A stretch of 64,000 bases of DNA, from NCBI GenBank assembly GCA_964530075.1, contig CAZGXU010000003.1, positions 680 through 64,679 on the forward strand, given 5' to 3'. Positions 43,162-51,951 of the stretch are shown in pieces. Positions within the stretch are counted from its first letter, which is position 1. Each line of letters starts with the position of its first letter. The DNA is from an uncultured Thermotogae bacterium. GTDB taxonomy: Bacteria; Bipolaricaulota; Bipolaricaulia; UBA7950; UBA9294. Made by a program: the position numbers and the translations under genes. Below the pieces are notes generated by a model. That model saw only the letters and a list, made by a program, of their open reading frames with translations, had not been told where the DNA came from and did no database searches.

Positions 43162-43833
43162 ATGGGATCCGCGAACATCTTGGTCTGTGAGGACGAAGGG
43201 CACATCGCTGCGCTTCTCGAGGAGGCCCTCCGAGAGGAGGGCTACCGGGTACGCGTCGTCGCGAGCAAGACGGAGGCCGAGGAGTTTCTGTCCAAATGGA
43301 CACCGGACTTGATCCTTCTCGATGTGATCCTCCCCGAGTCCAAGACGGCCGGGTGGGAACTGCTGGCGGAGGTCCGGAAGAAGAGCTCGGTCCCGATCAT
43401 CATGGTCACGGCGCTGAGCCGTACCGACGACCGCGTGCGCGGGCTGCGCGAGGGAGCCGACGACTTCATCTCCAAGCCGTTTCATCTCGAGGAGGTCTTG
43501 GCGCGAGTCGAGGCGGTCCTTCGAAGGACGCAGCCGGGGATCGGTGCGCTCGATCTGATCATCGACGACGTCCGCAAAGAGGTCCGTCTCGAAGATCGGA
43601 CCGTCTCCCTGTCCCCGAAGGAATACCGGCTGTTGAAGCTGCTCGCCTCCTCGCCAGGCCGCGTCTTCCCGACACAGGAGATCCTGGCCGAGCTCTGGCC
43701 CGGGAGCGCGTACGCCACGGGACAGGACGTTCAGAAGTACGTCTACCTCCTTCGCAGAAAGATCGAGCGTGATCCGAAGAAGCCCCGACTGGTGCTCACG
43801 TCGCGAGGATTCGGCTATCGCCTCGCTGTCTGA
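43162..43833 (+). CDS. OmpR-family response regulator (receiver plus winged-helix), no cognate kinase nearby
   Basis: ILVCEDE...DLILLDVILP...ISKPF receiver domain. C-terminal LSPKEYRLLKLL...GFGYRL. An alternative GTG start lies at 43153. Confidence 0.9.
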   Translation: MGSANILVCEDEGHIAALLEEALREEGYRVRVVASKTEAEEFLSKWTPDLILLDVILPESKTAGWELLAEVRKKSSVPIIMVTALSRTDDRVRGLREGADDFISKPFHLEEVLARVEAVLRRTQPGIGALDLIIDDVRKEVRLEDRTVSLSPKEYRLLKLLASSPGRVFPTQEILAELWPGSAYATGQDVQKYVYLLRRKIERDPKKPRLVLTSRGFGYRLAV

Positions 43834-43838
43834 CGCGT

Positions 43839-44882
43839 CTAGATGTCCCGGATGTCCAAGTAGAGAGGCCGTTCCGGGAGCTCGTCCGATCCGCAGGGCC
43901 GGACCATCGTGTGGTAGTGCATCACCTTCTGCGGGTAGAAGCGCGGCATGCGCGGGAGGAAGGGATCGTCCTGGTAGACGAACAGGGTCAGGATGTCGAT
44001 CCCGTCGGCGAAGATCTTCCGACGCAGCTGCTGGATGAGGGACTTCAGCAACGCAGCGCCGTGCTCCCCCACGCAGATCGGGTCGAAGAGCTGGAGGTAG
44101 GCGAGTTGCTCCCCGACCTTCGGGATCCTCGGCAGAGGGAAGACCGTCGCGAGCGGATTGAGAAAGATGCCCAACGCGAGGAGGGAAGCCGGCATCCGGA
44201 GGACCCGGCCGCGGTAGATCTTCGATAGGTCCCACGCGCTCACCTGGGCGGCGGAATCGCCGTTCTCGAGCCGGAAGATCCCGCGGAGGTATCCGAGCTC
44301 CACGCCCCGACGATAGGCGGCGCCGAAGTCACAGGGGCGGAGGGAGCGGCTCCCGACGCAACGATCCAAGCGTGCGATCTCCCCTTCCAGGTCCTGCAGG
44401 TGGTCATCGAGGTCGCCGGGATCCCCGGGAAGGCCGGGCAGAGAGAGGATGTTGAACGTCGCACCGATCTTCGCGTTCATCTTCTTCGCGATCTGCATGG
44501 AATTCTTGTTGTCGGACTTGACATGCCCGTAGATGAACGCGGCGCCCTCGCCTTCGATCTCGTCGAGGCACGCCCTCCACAGGCGGAACAGGCCTCGTTT
44601 CATGCTCCGGCGGTACGACGCCTCGCCGCGGAGATCGTAGAAGTAGGCGACCCGTTCCGGCCCGCCGTCGAGGAGGACTTCCTTGATCGCGAAGGCCATG
44701 ATCCCGACGAGCTTGCCGTGCTCCTCGGCGATCAGGACCCTGCTCCGGTCGTGGAGGCGCGACCGATAGAAGTAGTCGTCCCGGTCGATGAGGATGGAGA
44801 TCCCGGACCCTTGAGGGCTCTGGGACTCCAGGTGCAGAAGGGCCTCGTTGTCTTCGGGGATCGCTTCGCGGATGTGGAACAT
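43839..44882 (-). CDS. GNAT N-acetyltransferase with a roughly 190-aa C-terminal domain of unknown function
   Basis: Start taken at the internal Met (MFHIREAIPEDNEALLHL...), 11 nt after the upstream stop. The GNAT core is LVGIMAF...RGLFRLW. Confidence 0.75.
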   Translation of the reverse strand: MFHIREAIPEDNEALLHLESQSPQGSGISILIDRDDYFYRSRLHDRSRVLIAEEHGKLVGIMAFAIKEVLLDGGPERVAYFYDLRGEASYRRSMKRGLFRLWRACLDEIEGEGAAFIYGHVKSDNKNSMQIAKKMNAKIGATFNILSLPGLPGDPGDLDDHLQDLEGEIARLDRCVGSRSLRPCDFGAAYRRGVELGYLRGIFRLENGDSAAQVSAWDLSKIYRGRVLRMPASLLALGIFLNPLATVFPLPRIPKVGEQLAYLQLFDPICVGEHGAALLKSLIQQLRRKIFADGIDILTLFVYQDDPFLPRMPRFYPQKVMHYHTMVRPCGSDELPERPLYLDIRDI

Positions 44883-44893
44883 GCGGGTCCTTC

Positions 44894-47389
44894 CTATTCT
44901 GCGATCGAGATGCTCTTCGTGCTCCGGGTGAGGGCGCCCTCCTCGTCGATCACGACGAGGGTCACGACATACGTTCCGGGCCCGGCGTAGCAATGGTCGG
45001 GCGCCCACCGGTCTCCTCCGCCGCAGCCGCCCGGGGTCCCCGGGCAGCTTGTCCCGTCGCCGAAGTCCCATGCGACGTGAACGATCTCCCCGGTCGGGCT
45101 CGGGTCGTACGACCCGCGAGCGTCGAGGGCGACGCACCGTCCGTGGGGGGTCGCCGTGACGAACTCGGCGACGGGCGGCGCGTTCTCGACGATCACCTCG
45201 ACGGAGAACGGATCGGAGCGGGTCCCATCGTCGTCCTGCACCGTCAAGAGGACCGTGTACCGCCCGTCATCCGGAAACCGGATCGTCGGATTCGACCCAG
45301 TGGCGACGGTCTCATCGCCGAGGTCCCAGAACCAACCGGTGATGCTCCCGTCCGGATCGCTCGCCGTCGCTGAGAAACGCACCTCGACGTCGTCGGTCGG
45401 AGCCTCGGGCGTCCATGCGATCCCCTCGATCCGCGGCGGGCGGTTGGTGACGCGGACGCAGAGCGGCTCGGAGAGGGCGGTCGCGCCGTCGTCATCGGTG
45501 ACGCGAACCAGGACCTCGTACGCGCCGTCGTCGTCGTACGCGTAGGCGAGTGTCGGAGACGTTGTCGTCCGGTCGAACGTCCCGTCGCTGTCGAGATCCC
45601 ATTCGTACAGGGCGATCGAGCCCCGCTTGCTCGGGTCGGTCGAACCCGAGGCGTCGAACTGGAATCGCTCCCCGGTCGGGTGCGTCGACGCCTCGGTGAC
45701 CAATCGAGCGATCGGGGGGAGGTTCGAGATCAGGACCTCCGCGGTCGTCGTGCGCTGTGCCCCGCTGTCGTCTGTGACCGTCAGCGAGACGGCGAACGTT
45801 CCGTCGTCCTCGAACGCGTGTTTCACATCGGCCGCCTCCGCGGTCGTCCCGTCGCCGAAGTCCCACAGCCAACTTGTGATCACTCCGTCCTCGTCGTACG
45901 ACATGTCGATGAAGCAGATCGGCTTGAGTTCCTTGGATTCGAAGGTCGACAACTGGAACTCGGCGATCGGTGGCCGATTGACGCGAAACGTCTCGACGAA
46001 GGGGACCGACGGATCCCCGGTGTCATCGACGACGGAGAGCCGAACCTCATGGAAGCCGCCGATGGGGAACGCGTGCTCGACGATCGGATCGGACGTCTCC
46101 TGCTCGTACGTTCCATCGCCATCGAAATCCCACCGATAGAGCTCGATTCGGCCGTCCGTGTCGTGCGAGGCCGACGCATCGAATCGGACCGGATCGTCCA
46201 CGTCCACCCGCTCGGGGATTCGTGCGAATTCGGCGATCGGGGAACGACTGGCGATCGTCACGGACCGCGTCTGAAGGGCGCTCTCACCCTGGTCGTCGAG
46301 GACCCGGAGGCCGACCGTGTAGACGCCGCAGCGGTCGTACGTGTGAAGCACGTCCACGGTCGAGGCCGTCGAGCCGTCCCCGAAGCTCCATTCCCACGCA
46401 GCGATCACTCCGTCGACATCGCTCGACTCGTCCTGGAATTGGATCGGACTTCCGGCGCGGGGAACCCGCTCAGGGAGGAGGAGGACGACGCTGAAGTCGA
46501 CGACCGGCGGCGACGGTGTGTGCACCCGGACGATCCGACTCAATCTGGATTCGCCGCCCTTCTCATCGGCCAGCGTGAGGACGACGGTAAACTCCCCAGG
46601 GAGGACGTAGATGTGGCTCACCGTTGCCCCCGACCCCTCGGCACCGTCCCCGAAATCCCATCGGTAGGACACGATGTGGTCGCTCTCCTCGAACGAGCCC
46701 GAGGCATCGAATTCGACCGGCGCTCCGGGCACCGGATCGCGCGGCTCCAGCACGAAGGAGGGCGTCGGGGGGACGCTGGAGGTCGAGTTCTCGCCTCGGG
46801 GTGTGCCCCGTAGCGGTCGCTCGGCTGGGCCGACCGGAAGGACGGCCGTCGAGGTCGCCCAGGACCCTGGCGCATCGGCGCGCAGATTGTCGGCCCGTTC
46901 CATCGAGGCGTACGGCGGGACGCCGTACGCGCTCGTCCCCGCAGGCCAGGCGGGGAACCCGCGGGCAGGAGCGTTCGCCGTGTCCACGAGGTTCCCGCTC
47001 GGATCGTAAAGGTAGAGGGTCTCCCCGCGGTCTGTCAGGGCACCGCGGTAGATCAGGTCGGCGGCGATCTCGGGGACGGAGTCATCGCTGTCGCGCTCGA
47101 GAAGGAAGAAGCCGCTCGCCGGGTCGCCGTCGACGTGGGGCCGGATCGTCCCTTGCAGTTCGACATCCGGGGAGCCGTCCGACGAGACGAGGCGCCAGCC
47201 CTCGAGATCGAGCGACTCGGACGAAGCGTTGAACAGCTCGATCCACTCCGCGGTCGGTTCCCAGCTCGCGCCGGCCCAGGCGACCTCGTTGATGAAGACC
47301 GGCCCGCGGAGCGGTTCCGGCGCGACCGCTCCGATCGAGACGAGAACGACGAAGGTGAACAGTATCAATTCTCCAGCCCAGCGCCTCAT
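44894..47389 (-). CDS. Cell-surface protein: N-terminal anchor, lamin-tail domain (LTD) and seven PKD domains
   Basis: The LTD pattern is VFINEVAWAG...EWIELFN...LEGWRLVS...LSDRGETLYLYD-like. It is followed by seven repeats of the form FDASGSxDxDGxIxxYxWDFGDG...H.Y...G.Y.V.L.V.DD.G. Confidence 0.85.
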   Translation of the reverse strand: MRRWAGELILFTFVVLVSIGAVAPEPLRGPVFINEVAWAGASWEPTAEWIELFNASSESLDLEGWRLVSSDGSPDVELQGTIRPHVDGDPASGFFLLERDSDDSVPEIAADLIYRGALTDRGETLYLYDPSGNLVDTANAPARGFPAWPAGTSAYGVPPYASMERADNLRADAPGSWATSTAVLPVGPAERPLRGTPRGENSTSSVPPTPSFVLEPRDPVPGAPVEFDASGSFEESDHIVSYRWDFGDGAEGSGATVSHIYVLPGEFTVVLTLADEKGGESRLSRIVRVHTPSPPVVDFSVVLLLPERVPRAGSPIQFQDESSDVDGVIAAWEWSFGDGSTASTVDVLHTYDRCGVYTVGLRVLDDQGESALQTRSVTIASRSPIAEFARIPERVDVDDPVRFDASASHDTDGRIELYRWDFDGDGTYEQETSDPIVEHAFPIGGFHEVRLSVVDDTGDPSVPFVETFRVNRPPIAEFQLSTFESKELKPICFIDMSYDEDGVITSWLWDFGDGTTAEAADVKHAFEDDGTFAVSLTVTDDSGAQRTTTAEVLISNLPPIARLVTEASTHPTGERFQFDASGSTDPSKRGSIALYEWDLDSDGTFDRTTTSPTLAYAYDDDGAYEVLVRVTDDDGATALSEPLCVRVTNRPPRIEGIAWTPEAPTDDVEVRFSATASDPDGSITGWFWDLGDETVATGSNPTIRFPDDGRYTVLLTVQDDDGTRSDPFSVEVIVENAPPVAEFVTATPHGRCVALDARGSYDPSPTGEIVHVAWDFGDGTSCPGTPGGCGGGDRWAPDHCYAGPGTYVVTLVVIDEEGALTRSTKSISIAE
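44897..46765 (-). repeat. Seven tandem PKD-domain coding repeats (about 85-95 codons each)
   Basis: Protein-level periodicity seen in the translation. The repeats are diverged at the DNA level, so this is not a CRISPR or satellite array. Confidence 0.8.
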
Positions 47390-47496
47390 AACTCCTCCTT
47401 CCGCTCGTCGGTCGACGGCCTCCCGCGCGAGGTCGGATCAGGGTAGCACAACGGGACGAAGAGACCAACTGCGCGGCCACCCATGGACGGCCGGGC

Positions 47497-48474
47497 CTAC
47501 GCGTTCTCGGATTCCGGGACGCGCTTCCGATCGTTCTTCTCGTAGGCTTCGATGATCCTCGCCACCAACGGATGGCGGACGACGTCCGACTTGTCAAGTC
47601 GGATGAACTCGATCCCTGGAATCCCCTCGAGGATTTGCTGCACGGCGATCAGACCGGAGACCCGCTTCTCGAGGTCGACCTGGGTGACGTCGCCGGTGAT
47701 GATCGCCTTGGAGTGGAACCCGAGGCGCGTCAGGAACATCTTCATCTGCGTCGAAGTCGTGTTCTGCGCCTCGTCGAGGATGACGAAGCAGTTGTTCAAC
47801 GTCCGGCCGCGCATGAACGCGAGCGGGGCCATCTCGATCCGCCCGTGTTCGATCAACTTCTCGAATTCGCCGACGGGGATCATGTCGAAGATCGCGTCGT
47901 AGAGCGGGCGGAGGTACGGACTGACCTTGGCTTGAATGTCCCCGGGGAGGAACCCGAGCTCTTCGCCGGCCTCGACCGCCGGACGGGTCAGGATGATCCG
48001 CTTGACATGCTCCCGCTTGAGGTAATCGATCGCCATCGCCACCGCGAGGTACGTCTTCCCTGTTCCGGCGGGGCCGATGGAAAACGTGATGTCGTTCTCG
48101 CGGATCGCCGAGACGTAGCGGTACTGCCCGACGGTCTTGGCCCGGATTTCCTCGCCCCAGTGGGTGATCCGGACGACGTCCGACAGGACGTCCTCCACCC
48201 CGACGCCCGCCTTAATCTGCGCAATCAGGTATTGGACATCGGCGAGCGACGGCGCGTGACGCCCCTGGACGAGATCGAGGAGCTTTTCGAACAGCCCGCG
48301 GACCTGTTCGACCTCACCCGACTCGCCCTCGATGCGGATCGTCTCGCCCCGGGCGAGGATCTGCGCGGCGAACGCCTTCTGGATCTCCTTGAGGTTGCGA
48401 TTGTACTGGCCGAGCAACGCGGTCGCTTCGGCGTTGTCGTTCAACGTGAGCTCGGCGCGGGCTCGTTCAATCAT
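47497..48474 (-). CDS. phoH: PhoH-like ATPase
   Basis: Walker A GPAGTGKTYLA, ILDEAQN and ITGDVTQVDL. Confidence 0.95.
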   Translation of the reverse strand: MIERARAELTLNDNAEATALLGQYNRNLKEIQKAFAAQILARGETIRIEGESGEVEQVRGLFEKLLDLVQGRHAPSLADVQYLIAQIKAGVGVEDVLSDVVRITHWGEEIRAKTVGQYRYVSAIRENDITFSIGPAGTGKTYLAVAMAIDYLKREHVKRIILTRPAVEAGEELGFLPGDIQAKVSPYLRPLYDAIFDMIPVGEFEKLIEHGRIEMAPLAFMRGRTLNNCFVILDEAQNTTSTQMKMFLTRLGFHSKAIITGDVTQVDLEKRVSGLIAVQQILEGIPGIEFIRLDKSDVVRHPLVARIIEAYEKNDRKRVPESENA

Positions 48475-49747
48475 CGACCGTTCCCTTCAAGTGGTCTTCC
48501 ACCACCGCGACGATACGGACAGGGCGGATGGAACCGACAGGGATCTCCTCATCCGAAGCGAATTGGATGTAGAGGTAATCGCTTGCGTAACCGCGCCATT
48601 CGTCACCGCGGCGCTCTTCCACGAGGACATGGTGTGTCGAACCGATCCGGTTGTCAAGGTGCCTGCGAAGCCCTTCGCGCCACCGGCGAACGAGGACATC
48701 GGCGCGCCGGCGCTTGACCTCCTCGGCGACCGGATCGGGGAGACCGGCAGCGACGGTCCCGGGGCGCGGCGAGAAGCGGAACACGTGGAGGTTGACGAAG
48801 TCGACCGCCTCGACGACTCGGCACGTGTTCGCGAACGCGGCATCGTCCTCGCCGGGGAATCCGACGATGACGTCCGTCCCGAACGTGGCGCCGGGGATCT
48901 CCCGTCGGACGGCTTCGATCCTGCCGAGGTAATCGGAGACCGCGTACCCCCGCGCCATCCGTCGCAGGGTTTGGTCGTCGCCGCTCTGGAGCGGCACGTG
49001 GAAGTGTGGGCAGGCGCGTCCGTCCGCGGCGAACGCATCGATCAGCGGTGCGGCCAGGCCGGAGGGGTTGATCGAAGCGATCCGCAGTCGGAGGAGCCCG
49101 TCGATCGCGAGCAGACGGCCGACGGCCTCGGCGAGGGTCCCGTCTGCGGGAGCGTACTGGGCGAGGTCGATCCCGGTCAGGACGATCTCCGGGAACCCGG
49201 AGCGGACCAACGCACCGGCCTCCGCTGCCGCGGCGTCGATCGGCTTGCTCCGCGGTGCGCCTCGGACCTGGGTTGCCCGGCAGTACGTGCAGGCGTGGGA
49301 GCAGCCGTCCTGGATCTTGAGGTAGGCGCGAATTCGCTCGCGGCTTCCCGCGCTCGCCTCTTCAGCGATCGGGCGCGGCTCCACCGCCGGAAGGAGCCCG
49401 CGATCGCCAGCGCGCGCCCGCTCGACGACCTCGACGATCCGGGACTTCCAGGCGTTGCCGGCGAGAAGATCGGCGTCGTCGAAGTGCGTCAGCCCCTTTC
49501 CTACCGCGTCGGCGAGGCACCCGATCACGACGATCGCGCTCCCGGGGTGGGTGCGGCGGAGCCGGCGCGCCGTTCGGCGGGCCTTCCGCTCGGCCAGGCT
49601 CGTCACCGTGCACGCGTTCAACACGTAGACGGCGGCATCGCCGGTCACGGTCGAGGGAGCCGACTCGAGAAGCCGCTCCATCATCGCGGTCTCGTATTGG
49701 TTGGCGCGGCAGCCGAAGGTGACGATAGAGACGCGGGGTTCGGCCAT
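48467..49747 (-). CDS. mtaB: Radical-SAM methylthiotransferase, MtaB-like (UPF0004 N-domain plus CxxxCxxC plus TRAM)
   Basis: TFGCRANQYE, NACTVT and the radical SAM motif CSHACTYC. Confidence 0.85.
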   Translation of the reverse strand: MAEPRVSIVTFGCRANQYETAMMERLLESAPSTVTGDAAVYVLNACTVTSLAERKARRTARRLRRTHPGSAIVVIGCLADAVGKGLTHFDDADLLAGNAWKSRIVEVVERARAGDRGLLPAVEPRPIAEEASAGSRERIRAYLKIQDGCSHACTYCRATQVRGAPRSKPIDAAAAEAGALVRSGFPEIVLTGIDLAQYAPADGTLAEAVGRLLAIDGLLRLRIASINPSGLAAPLIDAFAADGRACPHFHVPLQSGDDQTLRRMARGYAVSDYLGRIEAVRREIPGATFGTDVIVGFPGEDDAAFANTCRVVEAVDFVNLHVFRFSPRPGTVAAGLPDPVAEEVKRRRADVLVRRWREGLRRHLDNRIGSTHHVLVEERRGDEWRGYASDYLYIQFASDEEIPVGSIRPVRIVAVVEDHLKGTVDD

Positions 49748-49748
49748 G

Positions 49749-50279
49749 CTAGGTGTGGCGCTCGACGGTGAACCGCCGAAAGGTGCACGGCTCGTCGGGC
49801 CCGATTCCTGCCTTCCGCCGGGCGATGCCGATCTGCGCCGCGACGGAGTCGACGCCGGGGAGGTCGGGAAGGAGGAGCCCCCTCCGCCAACCGCTCTCCA
49901 CGATGACGCCGAAACGTGTCGGGTCGAGGTCGGACTCCGTGCACGGCTCCGGTTCGGACAGGACGTCGACCGACAGGGAAAGGTCGTCGAGTTCGTCGGG
50001 GGTGATCGCGGGGAACCGCGGATCGGTCGTGGCTGACTTGATCGCGTTCGCGATCACTTCCTCGGCGATCGTCGGCTCGGTCGGGAAGAAGGTCCCGATA
50101 CAGCCGCGAAGGGCGCCGTGCTTCTTGATCGAGACGAAGACACCCGCCGATCTCTCCATCCCTTCAGCCAGATCGGCCGGAGGATCGATGACCCGCCCCT
50201 CGGTGACGTATGCGCGGACGGCGCGGTCGGCGAGCGAAACGTAGCGGTCGCGCGCGCTCAGGAAATCGGCCTCCATCAT
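49749..50279 (-). CDS. AMMECR1-domain protein
   Basis: GALRGCIGT and DPRFPAIT motifs. Confidence 0.9.
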   Translation of the reverse strand: MMEADFLSARDRYVSLADRAVRAYVTEGRVIDPPADLAEGMERSAGVFVSIKKHGALRGCIGTFFPTEPTIAEEVIANAIKSATTDPRFPAITPDELDDLSLSVDVLSEPEPCTESDLDPTRFGVIVESGWRRGLLLPDLPGVDSVAAQIGIARRKAGIGPDEPCTFRRFTVERHT

Positions 50280-50405
50280 GCACCAAGAATACCCCGCCTC
50301 GGGCGTCCGTCAACCGGGGGACGGATCATGGGAATGTCGTAGGCGTGTGGAAGAACGGTTGACAATCCTCGGTGCGTGTGATAGCGTCCTCTTCGAAGGG
50401 GTGAC

Positions 50406-51581
50406 ATGAGGGGGAACCCAGTACGCAAGCAAGTTCTTGTCGTCGCGGCCGTCGCGCTCGTCCTCGCGGCGGGGGCGGTCGCCTGGTACCTGCTGACGCA
50501 GCGCCACGTCGGGTCGATCCTGGCGCACGGGGAGCGGACGAACCTCCTTCTCATCGGACACGACGAAGCCGGCCGAGCCGACGCGATGACGCTCCTCAGC
50601 CTGTCGGCCGAGGATCTCGTCTTCCTCTCCATCCCGCCCGACGTCCGGGTGAAGGACTCCGAAGGCCACCTGACGCCGGCGTCGGCGGTCTTCTCCGAAT
50701 CCGGTGCGCCGTCGACCGCGCGGACGATCGGCGATTTGCTCGGGATCGATGTCCCGTTCTTCCTTTCGGTCGACCACGGCGTCGTCTCGGAGTGGATCGA
50801 TTCGTTCGGAGGGGTGACCGTCAGGCTGAATGACGACGCGATCTACGAGGACGCCTCCGTCGATCCGCCGTTGCGGGTCGAGCTCCGCTCGGGCGAGCAG
50901 CGGATGGACGGATCGGGGGCCGTCGCCTTTGCGGTCTCGTCGGGCCTCCCGGGGGACGCCGGACTGCTCGCGCGCCAGGCGGAGCTCCTGCGCACCCTCC
51001 TCTCCCAAGGGGCTCGAGACCAATCGGTCCGCGCGCTCCGATCGGCGGTCCGTAAGGCGCTCCCGTCGATCGAGACGAACTGCACGCTGGAGGACCTGTT
51101 CGAAGTGGCGGCGGTCCTCCACGACGTCCCGGAGGACGACGTGCGCACGGTCGTCCTCCCGACGGAGACGACCACGGCCGACGGTCAGTCGATCGTCGAG
51201 CCGAAGATCGTCGAGGCGGAACGGGTCGTCGCCTCGTCGCTCAAGGGGCTCGATCTCCTGACCCCCGACGAGGTCAACGTGGCCGTCTTCAACGGCAACG
51301 GGATCCGGGAGATGGCGAGCCGGACGGCCGCGTACCTCCGCGCACGGGGCTTCTCGATCACCCGCATCGGCAACGCCGACTCGTTCGAGTATTCGCCGAG
51401 CTACATTGTCGTACTGACCGACGAGGCGAAGGCGTGGGTCCTGAGGGACGCGCTCCCGCCGAACGAGATCCGGATCGTCTTCCCAGAGACGTTCGAGGCG
51501 GGCTACGCCGCCCTTCGGGACTACGTTCCGGTCGGCACGGACCTCCTGCTGATCGCCGGACTCGGAATGGTGCTCGAATGA
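50406..51581 (+). CDS. LytR-CpsA-Psr (LCP) family phosphotransferase with a LytR_C domain
   Basis: N-terminal TM segment, NLLLIGHDEAGRADAMTLLS (LCP core), and a C-terminal VAVFNGNGIREMASRTAAYLRARGF (LytR_C). Confidence 0.85.
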   Translation: MRGNPVRKQVLVVAAVALVLAAGAVAWYLLTQRHVGSILAHGERTNLLLIGHDEAGRADAMTLLSLSAEDLVFLSIPPDVRVKDSEGHLTPASAVFSESGAPSTARTIGDLLGIDVPFFLSVDHGVVSEWIDSFGGVTVRLNDDAIYEDASVDPPLRVELRSGEQRMDGSGAVAFAVSSGLPGDAGLLARQAELLRTLLSQGARDQSVRALRSAVRKALPSIETNCTLEDLFEVAAVLHDVPEDDVRTVVLPTETTTADGQSIVEPKIVEAERVVASSLKGLDLLTPDEVNVAVFNGNGIREMASRTAAYLRARGFSITRIGNADSFEYSPSYIVVLTDEAKAWVLRDALPPNEIRIVFPETFEAGYAALRDYVPVGTDLLLIAGLGMVLE

Positions 51582-51931
51582 CCGACGAGCGGACCCTCGT
51601 CCGCGACGCCGTCCGCCTGATCGAGGATCGGAAGGGCGAGGACGTCGTCGTGATCGATCTGTCGGATGTCTCGATCCCCACGACCTACTTCGTCGTCGCC
51701 GGCGCGGACAACCCCGTGCACGCCAAGGCGCTGATCAACGCGTTGCGGGAGGGACTCCCCATCAAGCCGAGCCGGAGCGAGGGGGTTGCAGAACGGAAGT
51801 GGGCCGTCCTCGACTACGGCGACATCGTCGTTCACATTCTCGAGAAGGACGCGCGGAAGTTCTACGACATCGAGTCCTTGTGGGCCGATCATCTCGTCGA
51901 TCTCGACGCCGTGACCTCGGAGACCCGGTAG
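51578..51931 (+). CDS. rsfS: Ribosomal silencing factor RsfS (iojap)
   Basis: ATG 51578 overlaps the LCP stop. EDRKGEDVVVIDL...TYFVVAGADNPVHAKAL...WAVLDYGDIVVHI. Confidence 0.9.
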   Translation: MTDERTLVRDAVRLIEDRKGEDVVVIDLSDVSIPTTYFVVAGADNPVHAKALINALREGLPIKPSRSEGVAERKWAVLDYGDIVVHILEKDARKFYDIESLWADHLVDLDAVTSETR

Positions 51932-51951
51932 AGGAACCGTGCGCCGCAGCC

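Noticed and set aside
44897-46765. Periodic repeat structure that might be mistaken for a CRISPR or satellite array
   Set aside because: The periodicity is about 260-280 nt and exists at the protein level (PKD domains) inside one intact ORF. There are no short identical direct repeats with unique spacers.
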